Below are positions 54,001 to 63,429 of a stretch of DNA of 64,000 bases, in pieces. The notes beneath the pieces were generated by a model, which ran no database searches, had not been told where the DNA came from, and saw nothing but the letters and a program-made list of their open reading frames with translations. Source of the stretch: Haliotis rufescens (Eukaryota); NCBI RefSeq assembly GCF_023055435.1, contig NW_025964013.1:4278001-4342000 (forward strand). Direction: 5' to 3'. How positions within the stretch are numbered: position 1 is the first letter of the stretch; each line of letters opens with the position of its first letter. Position numbers and translations under genes: made by a program.

Positions 54001-57000
54001 TTATTGGATATCAGGTATTTTAAAGCCATTATCACATCGTCATAATACTGCCTCAGATAATAAGAGGTGAGGTGAAATGGGGTTTAACGTCGCGGCCAAG
54101 ATAATTGCACTNNNNNNNNNNNNNNNNNNNNNNNNNNNNNNNNNNNNNNNNNNNNNNNNNNNNNNNNNNNNNNNNNNNNNNNNNNNNNNNNNNNNNNNNN
54201 NNNNNNNNNNNNNNNNNNNNNNNNNNNNNNNNNNNNNNNNNNNNNNNNNNNNNNNNNNNNNNNNNNNNNNNNNNNNNNNNNNGCCGATTTTATAGTGCTA
54301 GCCCACTGAGATACCATGCCACAGTTTAACTTGAGTACCCCACTCACCCACAGTATACTCCGAGCCGACCAGTCCTTGTCCTCTTGTTTTAGCCTCTTAA
54401 TGACGAGCGCCAGACACGGTAATAACAAGTACCATCTTTTAACGTCTTTTGGTATGACGTGGCCGGGGATCGAACCCCGGACCTTCCGCTCTCCGGGCGG
54501 ACGCTCTACCACTACACCACGGAGGCGGTCTCAGATAAAATGACGACGTGTTTAATAGTCACACTGAGACATAAAGAAATGAAAATAGTGAAACTTATTT
54601 ACTCTCACCACATATAATTATAATAACATTTTGTATGACAATAGAAAATGCATGTATGATGTAGGTGAACTTCTGGGTCGATGGGGAACGTGACCTTTAT
54701 ATAGGACATTCCTATCACTATGGTCAGCGGAGTCAAGCCGTCGTCATCGGACTTATCCCGAACTTTGACTACTGGGCCAATGTCCAGGTGTTCAATTCGG
54801 CCGGTCTGGGTCCCGAGAGCGAAATCAACTTTGGCTCTACAGCAGGGGAAGGTGAGTCTGTTAACATTTGTGTCACGCACGCACTTATCAAATGCATCCG
54901 GGGAGGGTTAGTCTGTTTACATTTGTACCAAGTACGCACCTATCAAATACATCCTGGGAAAGTTAGTCTGTTTACATCTGTATCAAGTACGCACCTATCA
55001 AATACATCCTTGGAAAGTTAGTCTGTTTACATCTGTATCAAGTACGCACATGTCAAATACATCCTGGGAAAGTTAGTCTGTTTACATCTGTACAGAGTAC
55101 GCACCTGTCAAATGCATCCTTGGGAAGTTAGTCTGTTTACATCTGTATCAAGTACGCACATGTCAAATACATCCTTGGAAAGTTAGTCTGTTTACATTTG
55201 TACCAAGTACGCACATGTCAAATACATCCTGGGAAAGTTAGTCTGTTTACATCTGTATCAAGTACGCACTTATCAAATACATCCTGGGAAAGTTAGTCTG
55301 TTTACATTTGTACCAAGTACGCACCTATCAAATACATCCTGGGAAAGTTAGTCTGTTTACATCTGTATCAAGTACGCACATGTCAAATACATCCTGGGAA
55401 AGTTAGTCTGTTTACATCTGTACAGAGTACGCACCTGTCAAATGCATCCTTGGAAAGTTAGTCTGTTTACATTTGTACCAAGTACGCACATGTCAAATAC
55501 ATCCTGGGAAAGTTAGTCTGTTTACATTTGTACCAAGTACGCACCTGTCCAATAAATCCTGGGAATGTTAGTCTGTTTACATTTGTACCAAGTACGCACC
55601 TGTCAAATAAATCCTGGGAATGTTAGTCTGTTTACATTTGTATCAAGTACGCACATGTGAGATACATCCTGGGAAAGTTAGTCTGTTAACATCTGTATCA
55701 AGGACGCACATGTGAGATACATCCTGGGAAAGTTAGTCTGTTTACATCTGTATCAAGTACGCACATGTCAAATACATCCTGGGAAAGTTAGTCTGTTTAC
55801 ATCTGTATCAAGTACGCACCTATCAAATACATCAGGGGAAAGTTCGTCTGTTTACATTCGTATCAAGCACGCTCCTGTTTCTACACATTACTTTGCTTAA
55901 ATCTTGTGTTTCTTATAATATGATACCATTCTCAACAACAAAAACACGTTTCAAGATGTTGTATTAAAGACATAGAGTATTAGTTCGTTGTGTGTCTGCA
56001 GGTCCCAACGCCTACCCCGAGTACGTGGAGGTGCACAGTGACGGTCCAAACAGCGTCTACGTCCACTGGAGGGGCATCTCCACCGTCCCCATCGTGGAGG
56101 AGGCGTTGCAGGGATACATTGTAAGTACCTTGCGAGTGAAAGCATTTTATTTACCGTTTACAAACATTTTCCGAGACTCGCTCACGCCTGTTTGAAAACA
56201 TTTGCCGAGACTCCCTAACGTCTGTTTACTAACATGTATCGGGAAATGGTTATAAATATACGTTAATGTGTCTTGAGAAATGTTAGTGAACACACGTTAA
56301 GGTGTCTCGGGAAATGTTAGTGAACACACGTTAAGGTGTCTCGGGAAATGCTTATACGGACATTAATTGGTCCTGGGAAATGCCAGTACACAGACGCTGA
56401 GGTGTCTTGGGAAATGCTTGTACACAGACGTTAAGGAATTCTTGGAAATTCTAGTACTCAGACGTTAGGGGGTCTTGGGAAATGCTTGTACACATGAGTA
56501 AGTGAGTATGGTTTTACGCCGCTTTTAGCATTATTCTAGCAATACCACGGCTGGGGACACCAGCTATGGGCTTTACATATTTTACCTATGTCGGGAATGG
56601 AACCCGGGTCTTAGGCGTGACGAGCGTGCGCTTTAACCACTAGGCTACCCGACGCTAAGTAGCAATGGGAAATGCTGGTACACTGACGTTAAGGTGTCTA
56701 GGGAAATGTCAGTACGCAGACGTAAGGTGTTTCAGAACATGCTAGTACACAGACGCAAAGGAGAAATACCAGTACACTGATATTAAGGACTCTCCGGACA
56801 CGTACAGGCGCCAGGATGTACCAAGATCCTGTGTGACCCGTATGTAAGACCTTATATACCAAAAACAACGCTGCAGCTATTTGTTGCAAGTCTTCATGTT
56901 CCTAATGTTTTTGCTTCAGCTGAGGTACTGGCCAGCCAACAGTGACCTTCGAGATGCAACGGATGTGGTTATAGACGGAAAGAGGACGCATGGCGTGATT

Positions 57001-60000
57001 ACCGGCCTCGATAAGGGCATCGTCTACAAGCTGAGGTTGACAGGCTACAACGCCGGCGGAGACGGGAAGAAAGCCCCGCCAATCTTTTTCACTTTAGGTA
57101 GGTTGTAATATGTTGGTCAAGGCTTGTCCATGGTACACGGCATTCGTGTCCTAATCGTGTACAAGTCGGGAATGAACACTCGCATTCCTGCTCCTAGGAT
57201 TCCATATTGGCGTACATGAACGCAAGAACGACTTCAANNNNNNNNNNNNNNNNNNNNNNNNNNNNNNNNNNNNNNNNNNNNNNNNNNNNNNNNNNNNNNN
57301 NNNNNNNNNNNNNNNNNNNNNNNNNNNNNNNNNNNNNNNNNNNNNNNNNNNNNNNNNNNNNNNNNNNNNNNNNNNNNNNNNNNNNNNNNNNNNNNNNNNN
57401 NNNNNNNNNNNNNNNNNNNNNNNNNNNNNNNNNNNNNNNNNNNNNNNNNNNNNNNNNNNNNNNNNNNNNNNNNNNNNNNNNNNNNNNNNNNNNNNNNNNN
57501 NNNNNNNNNNNNNNNNNNNNNNNNNNNNNNNNNNNNNNNNNNNNNNNNNNNNNNNNNNNNNNNNNNNNNNNNNNNNNNNNTGCTTGTACTAGTCCGGACT
57601 ACTGCCGATATATAGTGCTAGCTCACTGAGACAAGATGCCGCAGTTTAACATTACTTCCGAGTCCACTAGTCCTTGTTTTAGCCCCTTTATGCCGAGCGC
57701 CAGACAGGGTAACAACAAGTACCATCTTTTAACGTCTGATGGGATCGAACTAGACCACGGAGGCGGTCTTCAAACAAATACGATAACTCTCGTAGTAGAA
57801 GCAGTAGTAACAAGTTACAACCTCTGTTTATTAAATTTATGCAACACGATTCTGTTGTTCGTATATGTTACGGTGTGAAGCTTACAATCTACATTTCTTT
57901 CCAAAAGTTTACAAGAATGCATAATTTAATCATATCTTATATTTATCGAAGTACCCAAATCCTGATGCTCATTCTGATTGGCTTACGCCGGTTCACAGGC
58001 GGCCCTCTTGACGAGATTTCTTCTAGGTTGAGATGTGACTGGTGACGAATATGTACACGGTGCTTTCATGTCTAGTTTAAATGGTTTATACGTATATAAT
58101 GACGATAGCCATAAGCAGCCATGTCTCTAAAATGAGACTGCAGCTCCCAGTAGACAATTCGGTTGTCCATGGTGTCTAGTGAAATTGTGGGCGACATTTT
58201 TTGTCAATACATTTTGGTATCTTCTTCAGAATTGTCAACATCTAATTATATAATTCCTTTTACTATTCAGCAGCATAGTTACTTCATGGGTATTTTCATT
58301 GAATTGTTCATTGATTTGCTCTCAGTTTGTGAATTACAAGTGTAGTTGGGGTTAACGCCGCTTTGAGCGGTATTTCTGTCAAATCACGGAATGTCAGCTT
58401 GATCTGGCAGGAAAGTCTGAAGTGGTGCAGGTTCTGTGTGTTTACGACCCTTATACCTACACGCATGGTTATGGCCTGACAAACCTAGAAACATTTTGAG
58501 GGCGAATCCAGGTCTCTGGTAAAAGGGCGTAAATCCAGGTCTCAGATCTGCGGTTAACACCATGCCTCCCCAGCCTTTTAATTTTAATCGATTAATTAAA
58601 AAAAGGAAATAATAACCTATTTTAGATCCGGAAGAAAAACGCAACATTGAGGACATTAACTAGATCTCTGATACTGCAGATACCCATGCCAGTTGTGAGA
58701 TTATTTGATAATAGTAGATTCATAAAACAGAAAACCGTTTGAATGTACAATGTGCATTTATCTTTATGTTTTCATGATATTGACAACACATCGTGTAGTG
58801 AGTGACATGCCAGTATGTATATTCTGTTTCCCCTGTAAGTGATATGCCAGTATGTATATTCTCTGTTTCCTCAGTGAGTGACATGCCAGAAGGTATATTC
58901 TCTGTTTCCCCAGTAAGTGACATGTCAGAAGGTATATTCTCTGTTTCCCCAGTAAGTGATATGCCAGAAGGTATATTCTCTGTTTCCCCAGTGTGTGACA
59001 TGCCAGTATGTATATTCTCTGTTTCCTCAGTGAGTGATATGCCAGAAGGTATATTCTCTGTTTCCCCAGTGTGTGACATGCCAGTATGTATATTCTCTGT
59101 TTCCTCAGTGAGTGATATGCCAGAAGGTATATTCTCTGTTTCCCCAGTGTGTGACATGCCAGTATGTATATTCTCTGTTTCCCCAGTTAGTGACATGCCA
59201 GTATGTATATTCTCTGTTTCCCCTGTAAGTGATATGCCAGAAGGTATATTCTCTGTTTCCCCAGTAAGTGACATGCCAGAAGGTATATTCTCTGTTTCCC
59301 CAGTAAGTGATATGCCAGAAGGTATATTCTCTGTTTCCCCAGTGTGTGACATGCCAGTATGTATATTCTCTGTTTCCTCAGTGAGTGATATGCCAGAAGG
59401 TATATTCTCTGTTTCCCCAGTGTGTGACATGCCAGTATGTATATTCTCTGTTTCCTCAGTGAGTGATATGCCAGAAGGTATATTCTCTGTTTCCCCAGTG
59501 TGTGACATGCCAGTATGTATATTCTCTGTTTCCCCAGTTAGTGACATGCCAGTATGTATATTCTCTGTTTCCCCTGTAAGTGATATGCCAGAAGGTATAT
59601 TCTCTGTTTCCCCTGTAAGTGACATGCCAGTATGTATATTCTCTGTTTCCCCTGTAAGTGATATGCCAGAAGGTATATTCTCTGTTTCCCCTGTAAGTGA
59701 CATGCCAGTATGTATATTCTCTGTTTCCTCAGTGAGTGACATGCCAGTATGTATATTCTCTGTTTCCCCTGTAAGTGATATGCCAGAAGGTATATTCTCT
59801 GTTTCCCCAGTGAGTGACATGCCAGTATGTATATTCTCTGTTTCCCCTGTAAGTGATATGCCAGAAGGTATATTCTCTGTTTCCCCAGTGAGTGACATGC
59901 CAGTATGTATATTCTCTGTTTCCTCAGTGAGTGACATGCCAGTATGTATATTCTCTGTTTCCCCTGTAAGTGATATGCCAGAAGGTATATTCTCTGTTTC

Positions 60001-63000
60001 CCCAGTGAGTGACATGCCAGTATGTATATTCTCTGTTTCCTCAGTGAGTGACATGTCAGTATGTATATTCTCTGTTTCCCCTGTAAGTGACATGTCAGAA
60101 GGTATATTCTCAGTTTCCCCAGTGAGTGACATGCCAGTATGTATATTCTCTGTTTCCTCAGTGAGTGACATACCAGTATGTATATTCTGTTTCCCCTGTA
60201 AGTGACATACCAGTATGTATATTCTGTTTCCCCTGTAAGTGATATGCCAGAAGGTATATTCTCTGTTTCCTCAGTGAGTGACATACCAGTATGTATATTC
60301 TGTTTCCCCTGTAAGTGACATACCAGTATGTATATTCTGTTTCCCAGTAAGTGATATGCCAAAAGGTATGTTCCGTGTTTCCGTGTTTCCTCAGTGAGTG
60401 ACATGCCAGTATGTATAGTCTCTGTTTCCTCAGTGAGTGACATGCCAGTATGTATATTCTGTTTCCCCTGTAAGTGACATGCCAGTATGTATAGTCTCTG
60501 TTTCCTCAGTGAGTGACATGCCAGTATGTATATTCTGTTTCCCCTGTAAGTGACATGCCAGTATGTATAGTCTCTGTTTCCTCAGTGAGTGACATGCCAG
60601 TTTGTATATTCTGTTTCCCCTGTAAGTGACATGCCAGTATGTATAGTCTCTGTTTCCTCAGTGAGTGACATGCCAGTATGTATATTCTGTTTCCCCTGTA
60701 AGTGACATGCCAGTATGTATAGTCTCTGTTTCCTCAGTGAGTGACATGCCAGTATGTATATTCTGTTTCCCCTGTAAGTGACATGCCAGTATGTATAGTC
60801 TCTGTATCCCCAGTGTGTGACATGCCAGTATGTATAGTCTCTGTTTCCTCAGTGAGTGACATGCCAGTATGTAAATTCTGTTTCCCCTGTAAGTGACATG
60901 CCAGTATGTATATTCTGTTTCCCCTGTAAGTGACATGCCAGTATGTATAGTCTCTGTTTCCTCAGTGAGTGACATGCCAGTATGTATATTCTGTTTCCCC
61001 TGTAAGTGACATGCCAGTATGTATAGTGTCTGTATCCCCAGTGTGTGACATGCCAGTATGTATAGTCTCTGTTTCCTCAGTGAGTGACATGCCAGTATGT
61101 ATATTCTGTTTCCCCTGTAAGTGACATGCCAGTATGTATAGTCTCTGTTTCCTCAGTGAGTGACATGCCAGTATGTATATTCTGTTTCCCCTGTAAGTGA
61201 CATGCCAGTATGTATAGTGTCTGTATCCCCAGTGTGTGACATGCCAGTATGTATAGTCTCTGTTTCCTCAGTGAGTGACATGCCAGTATGTATATTCTGT
61301 TTCCCCTGTAAGTGACATGCCAGTATGTATAGTCTCTGTTTCCTCAGTGAGTGACATGCCAGTATGTATATTCTGTTTCCCCTGTAAGTGACATGCCAGT
61401 ATGTATAGTCTCTGTATCCCCAGTGTGTGACATGCCAGTATGTATAGTCTCTGTTTCCTCAGTGAGTGACATGCCAGTATGTATATTCTCTGTTTCCCCT
61501 GTAAGTGACATGCCAGTATGTATATTCTCTGTTTCCCCAGTTAGTGACATGCCAGTATGTATAGTCTCTGTTTCCTCAGTGAGTGACATACCAGTATGTA
61601 TATTCTGTTTCCCCTGTAAGTGACATGTCAGAAGGTATATTCTCTGTTTCCTCAGTGAGTGACATGCCAGTATGTATATTCTGTTTCCCCTGTAAGTGAC
61701 ATGCCAGTATGTATAGTCTCTGTTTCCCCTGTAAGTGACATGCCAGTATGTATAGTCTCTGTTTCCCCAGTGTGTGACATGCCAGTATGTATAGTCTCTG
61801 TTTCCTCAGTGAGTGACATGCCAGTATGTATATTCTGTTTCCCCTGTAAGTGACATGCCAGTATGTATATTCTGTTTCCCCTGTAAGTGACATGCCAGTA
61901 TGTATATTCTCTGTTTCCCCTGTAAGTGACATGCCAGTATGTATAGTCTCTGTTTCCCCAGTGTGTGACATGCCAGTATGTATAGTCTCTGTTTCCTCAG
62001 TGAGTGACATGCCAGTATGTATATTCTGTTTCCCCTGTAAGTGACATGTCAGAAGGTATATTCTCTGTTTCCTCAGTGAGTGACATGCCAGTATGTATAT
62101 TCTGTTTCCCCTGTAAGTGACATGTCAGAAGGTATATTCTCTGTTTCCTCAGTGAGTGACATGCCAGTATGTATATTCTGTTTCCCCTGTAAGTGACATG
62201 TCAGAAGGTATATTCTCTGTTTCCTCAGTGAGTGACATGCCAGTATGTATATTCTGTTTCCCCTGTAAGTGACATGTCAGAAGGTATATTCTCTGTTTCC
62301 TCAGTGAGTGACATGCCAGTATGTATATTCTCTGTTTCCCCTGTAAGTGACATGTCAGAAGGTATATTCTCTGTTTCCCCAGTAAGTGATATGCCAGAAG
62401 GTATATTCTCTGTTTCCCCAGTGAGTGACATGCCAGTATGTATATTCTGTTTCCCCTGTAAGTGACATGTCAGAAGGTATATTCTCAGTTTCCTCAGTGA
62501 GTGACATGCCAGTATGTATATTCTGTTTCCCCTGTAAGTGACATGTCAGAAGGTATATTCTCTGTTTCCCCAGTGAGTGACATGCCAGTATGTATAGTCT
62601 CTGTTTCCCCTGTAAGTGACATGCCAGTATGTATATTCTCTGTTTCCCCAGTTAGTGACATGCCAGTATGTAAATTCTGTTTCCCCTGTAAGTGACATGT
62701 CAGAAGGTATATTCTCAGTTTCCTCAGTGAGTGACATGCCAGTATTTAGATTCTGTTTCCCCAGTGAGTGACATGCCAGTATTTAGATTCTGTTTCCCCA
62801 GTGAGTGACATGCCAGTATTTAGATTCTGTTTCCCCAGTGAGTGACATGCCATCACGTAGATTCTCTGTTTCCTCAGTGAGTGACATGCCAGTATGTATA
62901 TTCTATTTCCCCATTGAGTGTCATGCCAGTATGTATGTTCTCTGTTTCCTTGCAGGAGGACAAATCGTTGCTGATCCCACAACAAGTGAAATCCTCGCCA

Positions 63001-63068
63001 CTGGAAGTCACATGTCTTCATCTGTCCTATGTTTGCTGTCATGCGCATTGATGTGGATTCTGACGTAA
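24720..63068 (+). CDS. Cont: Contactin, invertebrate type (CTLD + 6 Ig + 4 FN3 + GPI), spliced gene span, 24 coding exons, about 1233 aa
   Basis: Exons joined by hand at GT-AG sites; every junction is phase-compatible and exon lengths sum to 3702 nt. Domain order matches Drosophila-type Contactin: N-terminal lectin-like domain, Ig C...W...DxGxYxC motifs, FN3 W...L.P...Y...V.A.N..G.G motifs, hydrophobic C-terminal tail. Confidence 0.93.
26590..28580. repeat. GC/CpG-rich 62-bp minisatellite (about 32 copies), intron 1
   Basis: Unit ccatgtcactgtcacgtaggcctgtctgctggtaggggtggaggacgtcgtccgccgggcgg. Confidence 0.97.
28852..29166. repeat. Compound (GAT)n repeat abutting the exon 2 acceptor
   Basis: (gat)n runs with recurring spacers gtggtgatgttgaaga.tggtat. 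Confidence 0.95.
29177..29271 (+). CDS. Cont: Contactin exon 2, CTLD start DCPLGWDEYELKCYHF
   Basis: tttcag acceptor, CAG|gtaagg donor; CP.GW....CY lectin motif. Confidence 0.92.
29585..30530. repeat. 34-bp minisatellite, intron 2
   Basis: Unit gaaatcagacactatcatgttgtaaagtgttgaa. Confidence 0.95.
30581..30666 (+). CDS. Cont: Contactin exon 3, CTLD EDGASLVSVNDAREHQFL
   Basis: ctctctccag acceptor, AG|gttaga donor; GA.LVS lectin motif. Confidence 0.92.
30945..31280. repeat. Dispersed about 320-bp repeat, near-identical copy at 32425-32745
   Basis: Direct comparison (tggcatgaaatatacgcc ... aaatagtcaagtcaagttt) in introns 3 and 5. Confidence 0.85.
31701..31849 (+). CDS. Cont: Contactin exon 4, CTLD QDLWFTSG...LKWEGDG
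   Basis: tgttttag acceptor, G|gtaaat donor; phases 2/1 fit neighbours. Confidence 0.88.
32014..32127 (+). CDS. Cont: Contactin exon 5, CTLD end (SYICE)
   Basis: ctttcag acceptor, A|gtgagt donor; YICE motif. Confidence 0.9.
32250..32380. repeat. (CATT)n microsatellite
   Basis: Seen directly. Confidence 0.9.
35116..35451 (+). CDS. Cont: Contactin exon 6, Ig1
   Basis: PRGPKF...IECRASGTPQPTFKW...DLGSYQCTATNSVG; acceptor ctgtcag, donor gtacgg. Confidence 0.93.
36281..36720. repeat. 36-bp minisatellite, intron 6
   Basis: Unit gttgacatgtgacgtcacattacagagatgctgaat, degenerating toward exon 7. Confidence 0.93.
36758..36853 (+). CDS. Cont: Contactin exon 7, Ig2 N-half
   Basis: gttgcag acceptor, G|gtaaaa donor; YQGADIMCKVPAYNP. 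Confidence 0.9.
37000..40386. repeat. About 42-bp minisatellite (about 80 copies), intron 7, overlapping the exon 8 acceptor
   Basis: Unit tagcactgacgaaccagcggtataagtgtttgtgtgtgtatc. Confidence 0.97.
40373..40606 (+). CDS. Cont: Contactin exon 8, Ig2 C-half
   Basis: Acceptor tatctag lies in the last minisatellite unit; join gives PALTYQWYK...NGNLYLSEAQQSDAGFYHC; donor A|gtaaga. Confidence 0.9.
41005..41110 (+). CDS. Cont: Contactin exon 9, Ig3 N-half
   Basis: tttcag acceptor; FPAVFPSPPLRGQNIRLECLAYG; donor gtaagg. Confidence 0.92.
42647..42843 (+). CDS. Cont: Contactin exon 10, Ig3 C-half
   Basis: LPMYYSWTR...NRVLLIDDVRVEDGGNYTC; donor gtgagt. Confidence 0.92.
42975..43284 (-). mobile_element. 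tRNA-derived SINE family D (other copies about 21640-21818-, 35744-35980+, 54065-54530-, 57581-57768-)
   Basis: Head ccgcctccgtggtctagtggtag..ggttcg; shared central gtcataccaaaaga..aagatggtacttgttg..ggcgctc..cattaagg; TSD gacaacgaatg. Confidence 0.8.
43638..43910 (+). CDS. Cont: Contactin exon 11, Ig4
   Basis: WRCQATAIPSAEYTWYK...GMYQCSAKNMHG; tttcag / gtacgt. Confidence 0.93.
44428..44625. mobile_element. Palindromic Penelope-like LTR remnant, second copy (contactin intron 11)
   Basis: Inverted arms; 12-bp direct repeat tgtttcctaact (44416-44427 / 44626-44637); TTGATAA-c-GGTGT..ACACC-GAAA-CGTC core followed by aataaa. Confidence 0.7.
44763..45050 (+). CDS. Cont: Contactin exon 12, Ig5
   Basis: FAPIFSKQP...ICNPEAAPKPDFKW...DAGQYTCTATN; ctttcag / gtgagt. 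Confidence 0.93.
45742..45908 (+). CDS. Cont: Contactin exon 13, Ig6 N-half
   Basis: VIVNNTAFLYCEASFD...DLVYAWRFNG; donor CAG|gtatgt. Confidence 0.92.
46364..46490 (+). CDS. Cont: Contactin exon 14, Ig6 C-half
   Basis: GLYIRNAQFIHSGEYTC...SATLTVQ; cttccag acceptor. Confidence 0.92.
47305..47460 (+). mobile_element. tRNA-derived SINE family B (other copies 33453-33560-, 33670-33823-, 40801-40961-, 45320-45420+, 56496-56652-)
   Basis: A box tagcctactgg, B box ggttcgattcc, (ctca)n tail, near-perfect TSD ctcatt.aaggagag. Confidence 0.85.
47551..47706 (+). CDS. Cont: Contactin exon 15, FN3-1 N-half
   Basis: GPPGEPAGV...LHWTDGTDRGSPIIYYIVE. Confidence 0.92.
48015..48470 (-). mobile_element. Retroelement RT-thumb-like remnant (Penelope-like/LINE)
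   Basis: GVYISQLLRY and QGY..ILNKAFKTFYGRH; its 3' segment (gaacacctggt.tcatcact) recurs near 9690-9770 and 25090-25170. Confidence 0.6.
48497..48640 (+). CDS. Cont: Contactin exon 16, FN3-1 C-half
   Basis: LRPGTAYRFRVLAANMFGHGDPS; cctctccag / gtaagt. Confidence 0.92.
48641..49416. repeat. 45-48-bp minisatellite starting at the exon 16 donor
   Basis: Unit gtacgtcagggaacactacaggaggttgtaggtgcagtgtttagtgca. Confidence 0.95.
49542..49804 (-). mobile_element. SINE-like family A, full-length copy (other copies about 1-127+, 13810-14015-, 19256-19520+, 41458-41728-, 42422-42630+, 45070-45300+)
   Basis: Dispersed homologous copies with (caaa)n/(cact)n tails; TSD tgatggaacgt at 49531-49541 and 49805-49815. 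Confidence 0.85.
49938..51526. repeat. 37-bp minisatellite (60-bp 37+23 higher-order at the 3' end), ending 18 nt before exon 17
   Basis: Unit tacatatcacagcctacatgtcactgcaacagcgttg. Confidence 0.97.
51545..51639 (+). CDS. Cont: Contactin exon 17, FN3-2 start
   Basis: AAPVVPPLEVGGGGGRVGTLTITWE, the contactin-typical GGGG..G.L.ITW motif. Confidence 0.93.
51796..51885 (+). CDS. Cont: Contactin exon 18, FN3-2
   Basis: PLLLEDESGPAIGYYVFWRRK; ttccag / gtacgt, phases 0/0. Confidence 0.9.
52421..52568 (+). CDS. Cont: Contactin exon 19, FN3-2 end
   Basis: YYLEYEVMVEAFNRLGPGPNSTVAVIYSAE; donor gtatgt. Confidence 0.93.
52573..53866. repeat. 26-bp array followed by 33-bp array filling intron 19
   Basis: Units gtatcacagaatatactcagtagaac and ccagaagagaggagtatgtgttatgcaatatcc. 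Confidence 0.97.
53893..54014 (+). CDS. Cont: Contactin exon 20, FN3-3 N-half
   Basis: PYATPNNIWIDTYNATAIVVYF...GKIIGYQ. Confidence 0.92.
54665..54851 (+). CDS. Cont: Contactin exon 21, FN3-3 C-half
   Basis: VNFWVDG...IGLIPNFDYWANVQVFNSAGLGPES; donor G|gtgagt. Confidence 0.92.
54845..55870. repeat. 55-bp minisatellite (about 18 copies) starting at the exon 21 donor
   Basis: Unit gttagtctgtttacatttgtaccaagtacgcacctatcaaatacatcctgggaaa. Confidence 0.96.
56002..56120 (+). CDS. Cont: Contactin exon 22, FN3-4 N-half
   Basis: PNAYPEYVEVHSDGPNSVYVHWRGIST...EEALQGYI. Confidence 0.92.
56150..56790. repeat. Degenerate about 34-bp array with inverted first units, interrupted by a SINE
   Basis: Unit gggaaatgttagtgaacacacgttaaggtgtctc; reverse-complement-like copies at 56150-56235. 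Confidence 0.75.
56920..57097 (+). CDS. Cont: Contactin exon 23, FN3-4 C-half
   Basis: LRYWP...GLDKGIVYKLRLTGYNAGGDGKK..FFTL. Confidence 0.92.
58797..62950. repeat. 39/37-bp minisatellite (over 100 copies) ending in the exon 24 acceptor
   Basis: Unit cagtgagtgacatgccagtatgtatattctctgtttcct. Confidence 0.97.
62956..63068 (+). CDS. Cont: Contactin exon 24, GPI-anchor signal and stop
   Basis: ttccttgcag acceptor; GGQIVADPTTSEILATGSHMSSSVLCLLSCALMWILT*: small-residue region then terminal hydrophobic stretch, no cytoplasmic tail. Confidence 0.88.
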
Positions 63069-63429
63069 CTGTCATGGTCGATATAGTGCTGCTTAATGTT
63101 CTGACGCCTAGAGGATGGAGATGGATACGTTGTGTGAATAACGTGAATAGTGTGACCTGTGAATAGCGTGACCTCGGATACCTGCATCAACCAGAGACGG
63201 ATACCACCTTGAGTGATGCTACTGATAAAGCACCACCAGAACAGTTGGTGAAAAAAACGCCAAACTTCGCAGGATATTTTATAAGCATAATCCATGCTTC
63301 ATTTCTTAGATTTCTTCTTGCATTGCCACTTTTCATAATTATTTGCTTCGATTTATAGAGTGTCACATGATATACGTTAGTATATTTTAGAACATTGTGT
63401 TGGATTCCTTTAGTTTAGTTCATTATCTA

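Noticed and set aside
49868-54070. 390-575 aa repetitive ORFs
   Set aside because: Intronic minisatellites of contactin; only their 3' ends overlap real exons.
58720-60443. 483-aa minus-strand and 467-aa plus-strand repeat ORFs
   Set aside because: 39-bp unit in intron 23, broken by 37-bp variants; no evidence of coding constraint.
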